This document shows positions 1 to 13,052 of a DNA stretch of 64,000 nucleotides, piece by piece. Made by a program: the position numbers and the translations under genes. The notes under the pieces are model-generated. The model searched no databases. It was not told where the DNA came from and saw only the letters and a list, made by a program, of their open reading frames with translations. The stretch is from Trypethelium eluteriae. Lineage: Eukaryota. Position 1 is the first letter of the stretch; the number at the start of each line of letters is the position of its first letter. The stretch lies in assembly GCA_051942245.1 (NCBI GenBank), contig JAVECL010000051.1, forward strand, positions 1 to 64,000, in the 5' to 3' direction.

Positions 1-1021
1 CCCCCAGAGCCCCCCGTCCCCGTCTCCTCCCAGTATGACGACCGATTCGCACGAAAACGCAAACAGCTAGACCTTCTACAGAAGGGGCAGTCGATCAGAC
101 CAAACCCTGCCAAACCAGCTTCAGCTTTACAGAAGCGCTTCTGGCAGGAGGTGTCGCTTAGGGAGAGTGCAGGTACGTCCGCCGCGGCTGTGGCGCCTCG
201 TGGGAGATGCCTTCGGTAACGAGACTGCTAAGCCATCTTCAGATGGATTCCAGGTTATGCTCGACAGCAGACCTGTCCGCACTGCCGCCAAGAACGTCTT
301 GCTGATCCCTCACAATAAGCACCAGTTGGCCGCGGCAATTGCGCTGGAGTGGGATCTTCTCGTATCATCACAACAGGCGCTCAAACACCACTATATACCT
401 CTAACCTCCTTGACCAACCGTGCTCTGGAGATTCAGGTCGCGGACGAGCAGGGCAATAGCAGACTCCGAAATGACCTGATCCGCACGGCCCTGAGATACC
501 TAGAGACCGACACACTATTATGTTGGGCCCCCGAAACCAACATGCATGATCCAGCTGAACAGCAGAATGGAAGTCTCAGGGACAAACAAATGCAGATTGC
601 ACAGCCCATTATTACCTTCCTAGCGCAGCATGTATGGCCGGGGGTGGAACTTAAACCCATATTGGGTGCGGACAGCATCATACCAGAAAAGCAACCTCAG
701 ATGACTACCGAAGTGATTCGGGGATGGCTATCAGGCCTACCAGCGTGGGAACTAGCGGGTCTGGAACGGGGCGTACTTGCATCCAAGAGCCTCCTGGTCG
801 CTACACGCTTACTTGTGGAGTGGAGCTCCAAATTCTCGCATATCCGAGAAGCCTCCTCTGGGCAGGCAAGGTTTGGCATTGAGGAAGCCGCCGAGGCTGC
901 CAGCGTGGAGGTCCGATGGCAGACGGGCATGTGGGGGGAGGTTGAAGACACCCATGATGTCGAAAGAGAAGACATGCGCCGGCAACTGGGCAGTGTCATC
1001 CTCCTTGTCCATGGCAGTTGA
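1..1021 (+). CDS. ATP12: Mitochondrial F1-ATPase assembly chaperone ATP12 (5' end lies upstream of the window)
   Basis: Splicing intron 173..242 (GTACGT..TTCAG) gives KRFWQEVSLRESA|DGFQVMLDSRPVRT. Further family motifs: AIALEWD, IPLTSLTNRALE, YLETDTLLCWAP, KSLLVA, EVRWQTGMWGEVEDTHDVE. Stop at 1021. Confidence 0.93.
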
Positions 1022-1918
1022 TGGTGAATTGAAGTCCATACCTAGATACTGTATCTTGCATAGACTAAGGTGCAAATGGCACCTTGCAGCATCAGTACTG
1101 CATGTACATAATGGGGCAGTGTGTTATAAAACTCCGTAGACCCGGATGAGAGGTTCTTTAGCGTTGAGATTCGGCTCTTCGGAACCGTTACCAATTGCAG
1201 GGTTGAAGTGTCTTCTTGGCAAGCAGTTCATCACACTGCCGGGCTTCCAGGTGCCAGGAGCCTTGAAACAGGGACGCAGGAGACTCGCCAGATTTTAACA
1301 ACGATCGCAGGGTGAAGTAGATAGGGCTGGCGAATGCAAGTCAGTACATAGCCCCTCTGCCGACTCATGCGGACGTATCATGCGTATCATACCGTCTGTT
1401 TCGACTGACTCGATGGTGGGATGCGGGACATCGTCAATGGCGCATCTCTGAACGGGCCGTGAATTCACTAGTAGGGTAATGTTACCCCACGCGTCATCCG
1501 TATTCTGTCCCTTAGACCGTACCTTATTCTCAAGCAAGTAGCCACCCATCATTTCTTATCTAATTGATGCCCTGAACCCCTGTTGTCGCACTTTTGCCCG
1601 ACATTCTTGCATTTTCTCTGGCATCATCCGCATACTTCGGCACAGGGTCGTAGTCTCACATGCGGAATGGATAGGTAAGTTCCTCTCATAGCCACATGCC
1701 GGATTGCCGCAGAAGCCACAGTTGTATAAGCAATCCTCCTATCTACGCCGCAATTCAAACCTCTCCCGGCAATTGCAAGCAAAAACAACTGACAATCGTG
1801 TCTCAGCCACAAACGCTCGAAATCGGGCCTGGCCCGTTCCCTCCTAAGTCGCTCCTCCAGCAAACATGATGTCCACCAGCCTGAAACGCCGGAAGAAGGC
1901 CCCACAACTACCTCGCAA

Positions 1919-4900
1919 ATGTCGCGCTCTCACGCTCCTTCCCAGACCTCGCGTCATCGCCCTCATCTGTCGGCGACGATGAGTCCAAACACCTCTCAAC
2001 CGAGCTTCTCCCGCCCTTCCATGGAACAGGATGAACCTGCTGCCCCACCGTCGCCGACAGCGCAGGGCGCGTCAATCGAACAATCTGTCCGCCTATTTCG
2101 ACTTTTCGAATCGCTCAGAAATGGCGACACTGCCGCAATCAATCGCGCAATCAAGGGGCAACAGGATGGAGAGGTGGGCACATCACCGACAGGGTCTTCA
2201 GCAGGAGTGGAAGGCACTTCGATCCTACACCTAGCAATCCAGTGTGCGGAGCTGCCAGTCATTGAATACGTCCTATCATTTGCTTCGGGGTCAGGGCCAA
2301 TCGATGTCAATGGTCGGGATCGCGATGGTAATACACCTCTACACATTGCTGCTATGCTTGGCCGAGCTCCTGTGGTGCGAAAGCTACTTGAACAACAGGG
2401 CATCAATGATTCAATATCAAACTATCAAGGGCAGACGCCACTTGATCTCGCCCGAAATCCTGATATATACCAGCAATTGCAACTTGCAAGGTCAATCTTC
2501 GTTGATTCGCAGGTCAAGAAGATCCAACAATTGGTCAGCACTGGCTCATATGATAATCTCGAAAAGTTGCTAGTGGATCCAAGGGTGCGAAGCAATGTTG
2601 ACTTGAATGGATCTGAACTATCGACGGACTCTCAGGTTGCCGACGCCGGCGGTACTCTCCTTCATGAAGCGGCGAAGAAAAAAGACGTAAAATTGGCACA
2701 AATATTATTGCTTAACGGGGCAGACCCTTTCAAAAGAGATCGCAAGGGCAAACTTCCACAAGACTATACCAAAGATGATAAGACACGTGCCATTCTCAAG
2801 AAATCTCCTGCAGCAGCTGCTGCTCAACGTGGGGTGCAAGAGAAGGCAATATTAGGCACAGGAGCTTCTCAACCCTCTCAAGGAACACAAGGTGGCGACC
2901 CGGCTTTGGCTAGCAAGGAAGCTCGAGAAATGAAGGGGTATCTTAAGAAATGGACAAATTACACCAATGGCTGGAAATTAAGATTCTTTGTGCTTGAGGA
3001 TGGTGTACTGAGCTATTACAAACATCAAGGTAATCTCTTACTGGCACCAAAAATTTCGATGGGAAACTTAATTCGTTAGATGATGCTGGTTCTGCTTGCC
3101 GCGGAGCTATCAATATGAGAATCGCGAAACTGCACATGGACCCATCTGATAAGCTTCGATTCGAGATTCATGGCAAGTCCTCAGTCAAATACCATCTTCG
3201 AGCCAATCATCAGGTTGAAGCGAAGCGCTGGTACTGGTCGCTGAACAATGCTATTCAATGGACTAAGGACGAGGCTAAGGAAGAGGAAAAGAGAGCAATC
3301 CAGGAGAATGAAGCTCTTAAACAGGCAAAGACTGACCAATTCGAGAGGATTCGTTCCAAGGAAGGGGACTCGTCGAGGGCTAGCAGTGAGAAAGGAAAGG
3401 GCCTTATTCCAGGAACTGCCGTTGGTATCCCTTTGAGCCACGCGACTTCTCGGCAGGGCGGAAGCACCCTTGTTGATGATATTGACGCAGCTACTAGCGG
3501 ATGTGATCCAAGTGTAGATGGCGGTGAAGTGAGTCGCATGCCAACAAATGCAGGCACCAATAATATCGAGGGGGATCTGGACGATGAAGACGAGGAATAC
3601 GGTGATGATGCAAGCAGTCACGAAGTCCAACCACACACTAAGGACGCATTCAACATCACGGCGCAGTCTGCAAAGCTGCAGCTCGACTTACTCGCTCAAG
3701 TCTGCAGCGCACTGCAAAGTGAAACATCCAAACATCCTTCAATGTCGATCTCAGACTCTTCTGTCATTCAAGGTCTCTCTTCATACGAATCTGCCGTAGG
3801 CAACCTCAAGGGGCTTCTTGGGGATCTACTGCGAATCGCACGAGACCGTGATGCATACTGGCAATATCGTCTTGAACGAGAAGCAAATGTTCGGCGTATG
3901 TGGGAAGACAGCATGGCACGTGTGGCTCGTGAGCAAGAGGAGTTACAGAACAAGATGAGTGAGTCCGAAGACAAGCGGAGAAAGACGAAACGAGCTTTGC
4001 GCGACGCCCTCGAGGGCCAAGCTTCACAGGGCCCTAGTCGCCCGTCTAGTCAGGCAGGCAGTAAGGATGCTGATAATCTTGCAAATGTTCTAGCGGAGAC
4101 CAAGATTGATGGGGAGAAAAACCTGGGTAGAATACGAAGTACGAGCTTCAGCCTTAGCAGAAGAAAAACAGTCGCGGACCTCGCCGATTTGTCCGAGGGC
4201 GACTCTGATGATGAAGATGACGAATTCTTTGATGCCGTCGATGCCGGAGAAGTGGAAGTTGCTGAAGAACTACCGCCGTCCGGTGGTGCACTGGTATCAC
4301 CACCGCCGTTATCAGCTAAGACTGTTACGAGCTTGCATGAGGAGAAGGCCAAGGATATTTCCCCTTCATTCAAAGGATACGAAGATGGTCCAAGACAGAG
4401 GTTGAGCATGGACAAGGATGACCGGCCGAGGATTTCGCTTTGGGTATGTATTGACTATCAGCAACCTACACAGCCATCGTTGGCGCTAAACATTGCCAGG
4501 GTATCCTCAAGTCCATGATTGGCAAAGATATGACCAAAATGACACTCCCTGTGTCATTCAATGAGCCAACGTCGCTTCTACAGCGTGTGGCAGAAGACAT
4601 GGAGTACACTGAACTACTAGACATGGCTGCTGATCGTGCCGACTCGACCGAACGTTTGGTGTATGTCGCTGCCTTTGCGGCCAGCGAATATGCCTCCACC
4701 ATAGGCCGTGTTGCCAAACCTTTCAATCCTCTTCTGGGGGAGACCTATGAGTACGCCAGGCCTGACAAAGGTTACCGCTTTTTCATCGAGCAAGTCAGCC
4801 ATCATCCGCCCATTGGAGCTGCTTGGGCAGAATCTCCCAAATGGGACTACTATGTATGTATCATACCTCTCGTGAGATTGATTCTATATCTCTAACTTAC

Positions 4901-5729
4901 AATTCCTCTTCAGGGTGAATCCGCCGTCAAGTCCAAATTCTATGGTAAAGCCTTCGACATCAACCCGCTGGGCACCTGGTTCCTCCGTCTGCGTCCCACT
5001 GCTCCAGATGCCACACCAGAGCTGTATACTTGGAAGAAAGTGACCTCTTCCGTCATCGGCATCATCACGGGCAACCCTACTGTCGACAACTACGGCCCTA
5101 TGGAGGTCCGCAACCACTCGACCGGCGAAGTCTGCACCCTCGACTTCAAGGCCCGCGGCTGGAAAGCCAGCTCCGCCTACCAAGTCACCGGCAAAGTCCT
5201 CGACGCCAGCGGGCAGCCCCGCTGGAGTATCGCAGGGCGCTGGAACGACAAGATCTACGCCCGCCTCACCCCCGGCTACTACGAGGGGCCCATCTCGCCC
5301 GCCCTCCAGCAATCGCAACAATCCGCTACCAACAGCAGCGAAAAAGCATTCCTGGTCTGGGAGGCGCACGAGCGCCCCCAGGGGATTCCTTTCAACCTCA
5401 CGCCGTTTGTCGTCACGCTGAACGCGGCGCCCGATCGGCTGAAGCAGTACCTCGCGCCCACAGATACTCGTCTGCGGCCTGATCAGCGCGCCATGGAAGA
5501 TGGAGAGTATGATAAGGCGGCGACGGAGAAGAATCGGGTGGAGGAGAAACAACGAGCGAAGCGGCGGGCGCGAGAGGCGGCGGGAGAGGAGTTCGTACCG
5601 CGCTGGTTCCGGCAGGAGACGTGTAAGGAGACGGGGGAACGCTATTGGCAGTTCAACGGGGAGTATTGGCGGGAAAGGGAGAAGTTGGGGGCCAGTGGGA
5701 AGTGGGAGGGGTTGGAAAGTATCTTTTAG
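1919..5729 (+). CDS. OSH1: Oxysterol-binding protein of the Osh1/Osh2 (SWH1) type: ankyrin repeats + PH + FFAT + ORD
   Basis: Ankyrin motifs ([18 protein letters not shown]), PH domain ([31 protein letters not shown]), FFAT motif EFFDAVD, ORD signatures [44 protein letters not shown]. Introns 3030..3079, 4444..4499 and 4854..4913 join the ORFs in frame. The start may instead be the ATG at 1979. Confidence 0.95.
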
Positions 5730-6057
5730 GTGTGGTAAGGAGAGTGCTAAGCAAAGATTGGAATGAATTAGGATGGCCACAGTGTACGATTATGATGTGT
5801 AATGCGACAACATGATACGTCAAGAACTATCATTATACAATGGAAGCGTCTTCATCACCGTTCAACCCCAAAGGGGGGGATCAAGCAGACTTGGCGCTTA
5901 CCAACATGTCACAATAACATTTAATCCGACGAAATGCTTGAAACTAAGGTTAGAGGATCGCAAAAACATAATTCATTTTTGCATCCAGCTCATGTGTCCC
6001 ACCGAGTACTGACCTGCACTCCACGCCGACCACGAGTACAGCTTGAACGGTCGCCGT

Positions 6058-6938
6058 CTACACCTTCATCTCATCGAGTCCGTGCTTCCATACTGTGACA
6101 TACGGCGTGACACCATCCTCACGGTAATTGAGAAGAATGACCCTGCGTAGACAAAGTCAATACCACAAAATCCCGTCTCGGAATTGGAGATGTTGTAAAC
6201 TCACATTCCGTCGGGGTCCATGCTTTCACCAATCAAGAACTCGTAGTCCTTGAAGTTGGAGACGATCTTCTTCGCAAATCCTTGGGCACCTTCTTCAAAT
6301 TTCTTGACTTCTTCGTCAGAGGCGCCTTTGGATTTCATGGCCTCCTTGACTTTCTTCATGTAGGCTAAAGCGAAGTCGTAAGTGAATTGTCCAAGAAAGA
6401 GTCGGGGTAACCGGGCGGCAAATTAGAATGACGTACTCTTCAGATGGCCGAGGTAGCTCTTCTTGTCAAAGGAAGTCTCGTTCAATCGGAAGCTGTGGAC
6501 AACATCGATGACCTGTTGCGAGGTGTCCTCGAGGCCCTCATCAGCCTCTTCAGCAGAAGGGTTCGCTCCGATATCTAGGAGATGAAGGATAAGTAAGCCA
6601 TAGTCCTGTCCGACTCTATTATAATGAGTGCGATGGAAAAGTCATGGTGCGTAGCCGGGGAGGGATTGACGGAGAGCCCCCAAACTACTAGCTTTCCGTG
6701 TGAGAGTATAGGAGTATCGCGATGGACTGACCAATATTTTCTCCACCGATTGAGATCTTCTTGCAATTTGCCTCATATACAACACCGTCGATTTCCTTAA
6801 TGTCATAAGAGTCGGACAAGACCTCGTCGCCAGTGATAAGATCCTAGGCAACATGTCAGTCTAAATCTCTCTGCGGGGTATCGGCTCTGTGTGCCAAGTC
6901 CAGATGGTTGAGAGGCGACGCACCTTGAAAATAATCAT
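6058..6938 (-). CDS. TMA19: Translationally controlled tumor protein (TCTP), multi-exon; missed by the ORF track
   Basis: Minus-strand exons read MIIFK | [37 protein letters not shown] | [46 protein letters not shown] | ...[10 protein letters not shown] | ...[25 protein letters not shown] at 6938, TAG at 6058-6060. Confidence 0.95.
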
Positions 6939-7564
6939 TTTGAGCAACGGAAATTGTAATAGTGGTGAGGGGAGGAAGGCGACAAAGTCTGCGGGCAAGC
7001 GAAGGAGCGACTTGAGGTGGTGGTGGGGGAAAGATAGAATTCTGCTCTAGCAGCGTGGGCAAAAACTGAACGCCCGTCGTTGGAGGGGCACACTAGGCCA
7101 TAAATAGTAACATAAGAAACCATTAAAATTGGTTCGTCTTGGGTAAAATATAAGATGCTCAAAGTCTGGCCTGAACTCTCTATTCAAAATGGGTGTCTCA
7201 TTGGGCCTGGCTTATCGCTCAGCGCAAAGTCATATGTTGTCTCGTGTTTGGACAATTGCATCTCGACCGCCCAACGTCACTACAGCGATTCAAGCTAGGG
7301 TAACATAAAAACTGTCCAGGGCAATCTGCGAATTGAGGATCTATCGAGCATTATAAATGCATAGACTTTTATCAACACTAAGTCCTCTCGCGCACTTCCT
7401 TGCCAAATATGTGAAAATTTGTTGTAAACGCCTGAACATATGCGTAGAAGAAATTGCAGTCTATCCAACGTGGTCTGTTCACCACTTGGGAACAGCTGCT
7501 CGAAGCATCCATATTAAGTGATCGCGCCCAACATTCCTTCTCATTCCTTCAACTCGAGTTTATC

Positions 7565-7813
7565 TTATTTTCGACCTCCTTTGGCATTCTTGCCCTTTCC
7601 CTTTGTGATGAACGGAATGCCCTCGGAGAACGGCGGTTTGTAGGTTCCTTGATTCTTGCTCGTGACATAGTGGACGTAGTAAGCAAAGCCAGGCAGCAGG
7701 ACAAAGAGGACAACGATGACGACGAGGGTTTCGGGAACAACTTGAGGATTTGTTTGGACGAAGAGGATAGCGGCTGGCGTGACGCCAATCTTGGCGAGGA
7801 ACTCCCAGGCCAT
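7565..7813 (-). CDS. Small (82 aa) single-pass membrane protein, function unknown
   Basis: Hydrophobic span TLVVIVVLFVLLPGFAYYV followed by a Lys/Gly-rich tail. An apparent 5'-UTR intron (about 7830..7879; GTAAGG..GCTAAC..CAG on the minus strand) ends just before the ATG. Confidence 0.6.
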   Translation of the reverse strand: MAWEFLAKIGVTPAAILFVQTNPQVVPETLVVIVVLFVLLPGFAYYVHYVTSKNQGTYKPPFSEGIPFITKGKGKNAKGGRK

Positions 7814-8749
7814 TGCGGATGCAGTGAATCTGACGTCGTTAGCTAACGAAAATTTGGAGGGAAAGCTTGAAGGCCTTACTTATGGTCGGAACCCTGAAAT
7901 GTTGAAAAGGAGTGGATGTTACTAAAAGGCAGCCTGCTGCCGACTGTGAAAGAACGATCGAAGTTGAAGGAACAGGGACGTCAGGAAGAGATGGAGGGAG
8001 AAGACAGAAGAGGGCGTGCCAAGCAGCGAAAGGGTATATGAGCATGATGAAGCACAGTCCACAAGTTTGGAATCCCGCAGCTGTAACACTACAGGTATCA
8101 ATGATCATCGACTCTGGTGTTTCGTGTTCCATGCACGTCGACGACTTCCTTTTCCACTTGTGCTAGACACCAGACCTACATTCCAATACTACGTGAGTCT
8201 AGTAGAGTAATCAAGCTCCGAATCTTCTTAACCGGCCATTTAGAAAAACAGTGAATGAATCCAACAAAGGCAAGGGAGGTGATAGAACCAAAGATCGGCA
8301 AAGGATGGGCGCTAGGCAGGGCCCCCGCCAAGCGCGTTCGGCGGAGAACTGACGCCCGCCAAGTTTCAGCCTCATCTTCTACCGGCAAGGACCCACCTCA
8401 GCATCGAAATACATGAGCATGCAGTTATTGGCAAATTTCCGTTCCACTCCATTCACGTGGTTGTCAGAAAATGCTGAAGAACTTCTATGCCATAGAGTAG
8501 AAGATATGTAGCCAATTGCGCCTACTCCGCAAAATTGAAGATCAGGGAACCAAGAGGCCGGGTTGCGGTAGGTGGACGGAAATGATTGGCAAATGAACCG
8601 TCATGAATGCAATGTGTGGAGGCGAAAAACGCGCCTTATGAATATGGCCTGGGATAGCTCTTAGGAGCTATGGCTAAGCCTCACGATGGGGTATCTAATT
8701 CTTCTTTTCAACTAAGGTATGCTCTTTTATATGGTTCTAGCAGCTCAAA

Positions 8750-10684
8750 ATGCTGCCTCCCTTCGGATTCTCTGTCGGCGACTTCATTACCACATTTTCT
8801 CTCATCAACAAAGTGCGCAAGGCTATCAAAGAAACTGGCGGAACATCTACCGAGTATGTCTTGCTGATGCAAGAACTGCAGAATTTGCAGCTCATTTTGG
8901 AACATTTGCAGTCTTTGCCCGTCATTTCTGAGCACTCTTTGAGCCATGTCAATGCTGTTCGAGGTATGGCTCGTACAATCGAGATGCCGTTGCAGGCATT
9001 CTTAGATAGGGTCGACCGCTTTAGGGACACACTTGGTGGAGACTCAAGGCATTGTCTCAAAAGAGTTATGCATCAGGCACGCTGGGTCACAAGTGTGCAA
9101 GAAGAGATAGGTAGGCTGAGAGCTGCTATAACCATGGAAATCGTTTCGATATCGATGCTCATTTTGATGTCAACAATGTGAGCAGAATGGGATCTATCGC
9201 ACTTACTGAATGCTTAAACTTTACACTCACCTAGGGAATCTCGGCCCTCAATGAACCAAAGACTCGAGCATTCGCAACAGCAACTGCAACTAATCCAAAT
9301 TAAAGCGGACGAAAATACCAGGAGCCTTTCTAGCCAACTCGACAAAGTCACAGCCGAGGTCCGATTGACAAGTGAACTCGCCCGCATAGATACACGCAGA
9401 CTCCTCCAGATTTGTGCTGGTCTTCAAGTCGGTATCGAACGGATTGAAAAGAGACAGCGGTTCCAGCCAAGGAAAACCCAAGACAGCCGACCTAGGCGAA
9501 TAGCCAGAACTGAGCATCAGACATCCAGTCTTCAACGGGATGCAAGATCACTGAAGTGGTTTTTACATCTGACTACTCATACTGTGAGTCAACTTCTGCA
9601 AAGGTACGCAGTGAAATATCTCTTACTCCGAGTCCTTGGCTGATGTATGATAGGTTTAGCAACCTTTCGAAAGAGATCCTGGAATATTCAAAGAATATCT
9701 AGTATGTATAGACGAATGAAGTAAGCGCATTCAGGACTGACATATCTAATAGTATGACCAATATAGAGATATACGCGCTTCTTCGACGTATGCAGGACAC
9801 CCCGGCCTTATCTCCACAGAACATCCCAACAGGTAGTATAATAGTCCATATTTCTGGTCGAGAATACCGCCTGCCTTATTCATACTTCTGCTATTGGGAC
9901 GTAAGTCAGGACGTTAACTTATCGTTGAACCCACTGTCCCCATCCGGCATCAAAAGTATTAGCATCGCTATTTTAGAAGCCGATACTAACACTTGTCTCA
10001 CATTTAGGTGTTTGAGGCTATGCTCAAATGCGAATCAAAAGGTCAATGCTGGGAGAGGCATATAGACGCTGGCTTCTACGGAATAGTTACCAGGGCGCCT
10101 GGAGCACGATCGTCGCCAGATATTTCTCGGGCGAGTTGGCATCAGAGCATATCTCCCGGAATCAAGCTCTACTTAAGCATAGTAGCCACGCATGCTGTAG
10201 GCCAGGAATGTCGTCAAAGTGGCTGCCGTAAGACCTGGAAAGCTATAAGTCTGAACGTAAGCATCCTGGAATGGTCAGTCCTCCGTGAGATCACACAAGG
10301 TCTAGAGAAGCTGACCAGATTAGCAGTGAACATTCCATTTCACGTTTCCTTCATCTATTAGATGCATACCCAGTTGGGATTGAATCAGACTCTTGGATCA
10401 AATCAATGATCGCAGGCCGTCCACTCACGAGAATAGACACTCATAATTCATTGACCGTCGAAGAAGAAGTAAAACTTCATGCGTTTCGCAAGCTTCAGAA
10501 ATCACGTCCGCAAATCATAACTTCCAGATATGAGTTCTATGCAATGGTGGAAAGGCTGGTGCCACAGAAGCGAACATCGATATCATCCATTTTGGCAGGG
10601 GGAGCACAGCGTAGATTGGAGGCAGTCACTGGGGGTCAGATGAAGACAGTCGCATCTCTACTAACTAGTCGTATACAGTACTAA
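8750..10684 (+). CDS. Fungal protein with HeLo-like/SesA-type (STAND N-terminal) domain, coiled coil and ubiquitin-like domain; no NTPase
   Basis: N-terminus FGFSVGDFITTFSLINKVRKAI..GG..EY..L..EL is typical of fungal STAND N-terminal domains. GREYRLPYSYFCYWD|VFEAML..W..SISPG.KL.LSIV..C..C resembles the fungal ubiquitin-like domain. Introns checked in frame at 9178..9234 and 10274..~10323/10326; other exon borders are approximate. Confidence 0.65.
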
Positions 10685-10781
10685 CACATTACCTAAGTCT
10701 GTACACACTCTGCCGCCAATTATTTGCCAAGGAATCACTCTGGACACGGGCCCCGATTATTCAGCATCTACTAATAAGTTC

Positions 10782-11530
10782 TCACGCAAGTAAAGAAGGA
10801 ATCCGAAGATAGTCGCCCGAAGCACTGTCATGTAGTATAATCCTGATCGGGGCTCTGCATTCCCTTGGGCTCTTGTCTTCTGGTACGTGAGACGTAAGGG
10901 TTACGTTGGTAGACAGCTCGTACACATTGAAGATTCTGGTGGTATAGTTTTCATTGGTGGGAAAGTCCTTCTCATCATGAGGAATAGCATTGTAGATCTC
11001 TTCAGCAATTGCGTCTAGATCCCCAACTGGTTGCAGCAGTTTGGGCAGGGTGCGTTGGAGTGCAATGGCCGCCGTACGGAGCTGGCGGCTTTGCTCGCTT
11101 TCGTGCTTGATAATCTTGATGACTGGATATGAAAAGTAGTCGAAGCCAACAGCAACAGCGAATCCATATCAATCCTACGCTTCATCCATGCGCTATATCT
11201 TGACATTGACAAGGAACACGCCACAGAGTCGGACTGGCAGATTAATGTCAACCCGCCCTATGAATCCCAAAGGTTCTTTATGAGGTTCCTGTGGAAAAAA
11301 TCTAGCATAATTCTGAGCAAGAGACGGCGTCGCATTTTACATCAACAGTATTTGACATGTTAGAGGGGAATAGCTCTCGTGTCTTGTCGGACATAATGGT
11401 TATTGATCAGCCATTCAAAGAGCTCTAAATGGGTTTTTGAGAGCAGATATTGAAGTGAGGATTCCAGGGAGTTTGGCGGATTGCTCCACTGGAATCATTT
11501 CAACTAGAATAGTCCAGATTAGACCGTATT
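10782..11530 (-). pseudogene. Decayed gene fragment, possibly the C-terminal part of a HET-domain-like protein
   Basis: 128-codon ATG-less open frame 11168..10782 (YGFAVAVGFDYFSYPVIKIIKHE..DAIAEEIYNAIP..). The same frame continues upstream as protein-like text (KYGLIWTILVEMIPV..; LPVRLCGVFLVNVKI*RMDEA*D*) broken by in-frame stops. The family assignment is weak. Confidence 0.4.
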
Positions 11531-11796
11531 TAGACCCAACGCCAATGCCTCGGATAGCTTGAAATATGATGAGCTCCATCAAGGTGTGCGTGATATCGCA
11601 CGCTATGGAGACTGTAGTGGATGTGTATGGTGCCAGAACGACGCGTGGCTTACGGTCATCGACAGCATTGTGATGGTGCTGAACTTAGCGAGAAGGTCAA
11701 TTTTAAGATCCGTAAGATTGTGGTGGATCTGGCACCAATCGCGGGTCCTAATAGTTGGGAACCCTGCTTATCATGCAATGACGGGCCTAGGCACTC

Positions 11797-13052
11797 TTAA
11801 AGATTCTCGGTTTCTAGAGATGACAGTCTGCGGCGTTTTCGCCTTAGGGTATATTCTAACCAGTGCGTCCCTAGCGTCGCGACAGCACGCCATTGGTTCG
11901 AACTCCAAACTGTATTTTTCCCAAGGAAATCGATACGACGAGCAGGGAGTCGGTTTTCCTGACTTAGTGATTGAAGCAAGCGTGCAACGTCCATTGTCTT
12001 TTCGTTTTTGTCATCGTCGTCATCGAAGTGCATGCGAATATCGATATAAGAGGCATTAGCGGCTCGCGACGCGGCCTGTTCCTGAGGCATGGTTACAGGA
12101 ATTTCACCAGCGGATGAGGAGATGACTATGGGACTAAAGCCTGGCACGCGTTGATCCCATTGTGGATACTGGTTTTTGGGAAAGTGCGGGTGGTCCATGA
12201 TTGTCGCCCGTAAGTCAGAGGAGGTGAAGAACTTTTTTTCGGAGTAGAGCTTCTCTAAAGCCCAGATCAAGGCCGTAGTAAATGACGAATCCCCTGGTAT
12301 GTGAGTTTTACTGTCAGCTGTACATGCTGCAAGGGTCTCAAATCGATTGGGATCGCCCGAACGTCGTCCTATTAGGCCAGCATGGCAGCAATCGAAGATA
12401 AGCAACACGTCTGCCTCAGAGCCGATGATGCTCTTTTCGGCTTCTGTCCACATCACAGAACTGCGACTCATCTCCCTTCGCCATTTCTGCTCATTCTTAC
12501 TATTGGCAGAGCTGTTAGCGGAACTCCAACGAGCAATCTCCGGTCATCTTACCCCCCGACTAGTCGCAACTCCCTACGAAGCTCATCGCCTTCAGGTACA
12601 TAAGCCCATCCATGACCTGCATAGTAGATAATTAAAAGCGTACTATCGCTTTGGTCCTCAAACCTGTTGACAAAACTGGCAAGGTGTTTGACCATTTGTA
12701 TATGAGCCCTCTTTTTATTATTGAGTTTTCTTCGCCGCACTTCAAAGCCGTATCGCGTTTCAAAGACGGTGGCGAGTTTTTCGACCTACAAGCCTTCAGT
12801 ACAGGTCTAGACATACATACGGGATGCTTGACCTACTTCTCCATCCGTCCTGAGATCATCACAGGTGTCATCCCACGACAAGAGAAGGACAGCGACTTTC
12901 TCATAGCGAAAAAACTTGGGCTCATGTTGCATGATATTCTCCCATTCGATTGCAACACTCACTTGTGCTGCCTGACTTGGTAACTGATGTGAGACACGTC
13001 CGGGAGCCTCATCATTTGATGGCATGCCGATTCCCGGGGCCATGTCGAACAT
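11797..13052 (-). CDS. Caspase-like (peptidase C14 clan) cysteine protease of the fungal NLR/cell-death-associated type
   Basis: YEKVAVLLLSW..DDL..EV..L..VF...YGF, catalytic His motif LLIIYYAGHG, catalytic Cys motif DVLLIFDCCHAG, then ETLAAC and SFTTALI. Introns 12786..12836 and 12500..12552 join three exons in frame. Confidence 0.85.

Noticed and set aside
4884..5780. 298-aa antisense ORF over the last OSH1 exon
   Set aside because: Shadow ORF produced by the strong GC3 bias of the sense exon; no recognisable motifs.
6576..6731. Longer TCTP intron as a possible snoRNA host
   Set aside because: No convincing C box (TGATGA) with D box, and no H/ACA layout seen.
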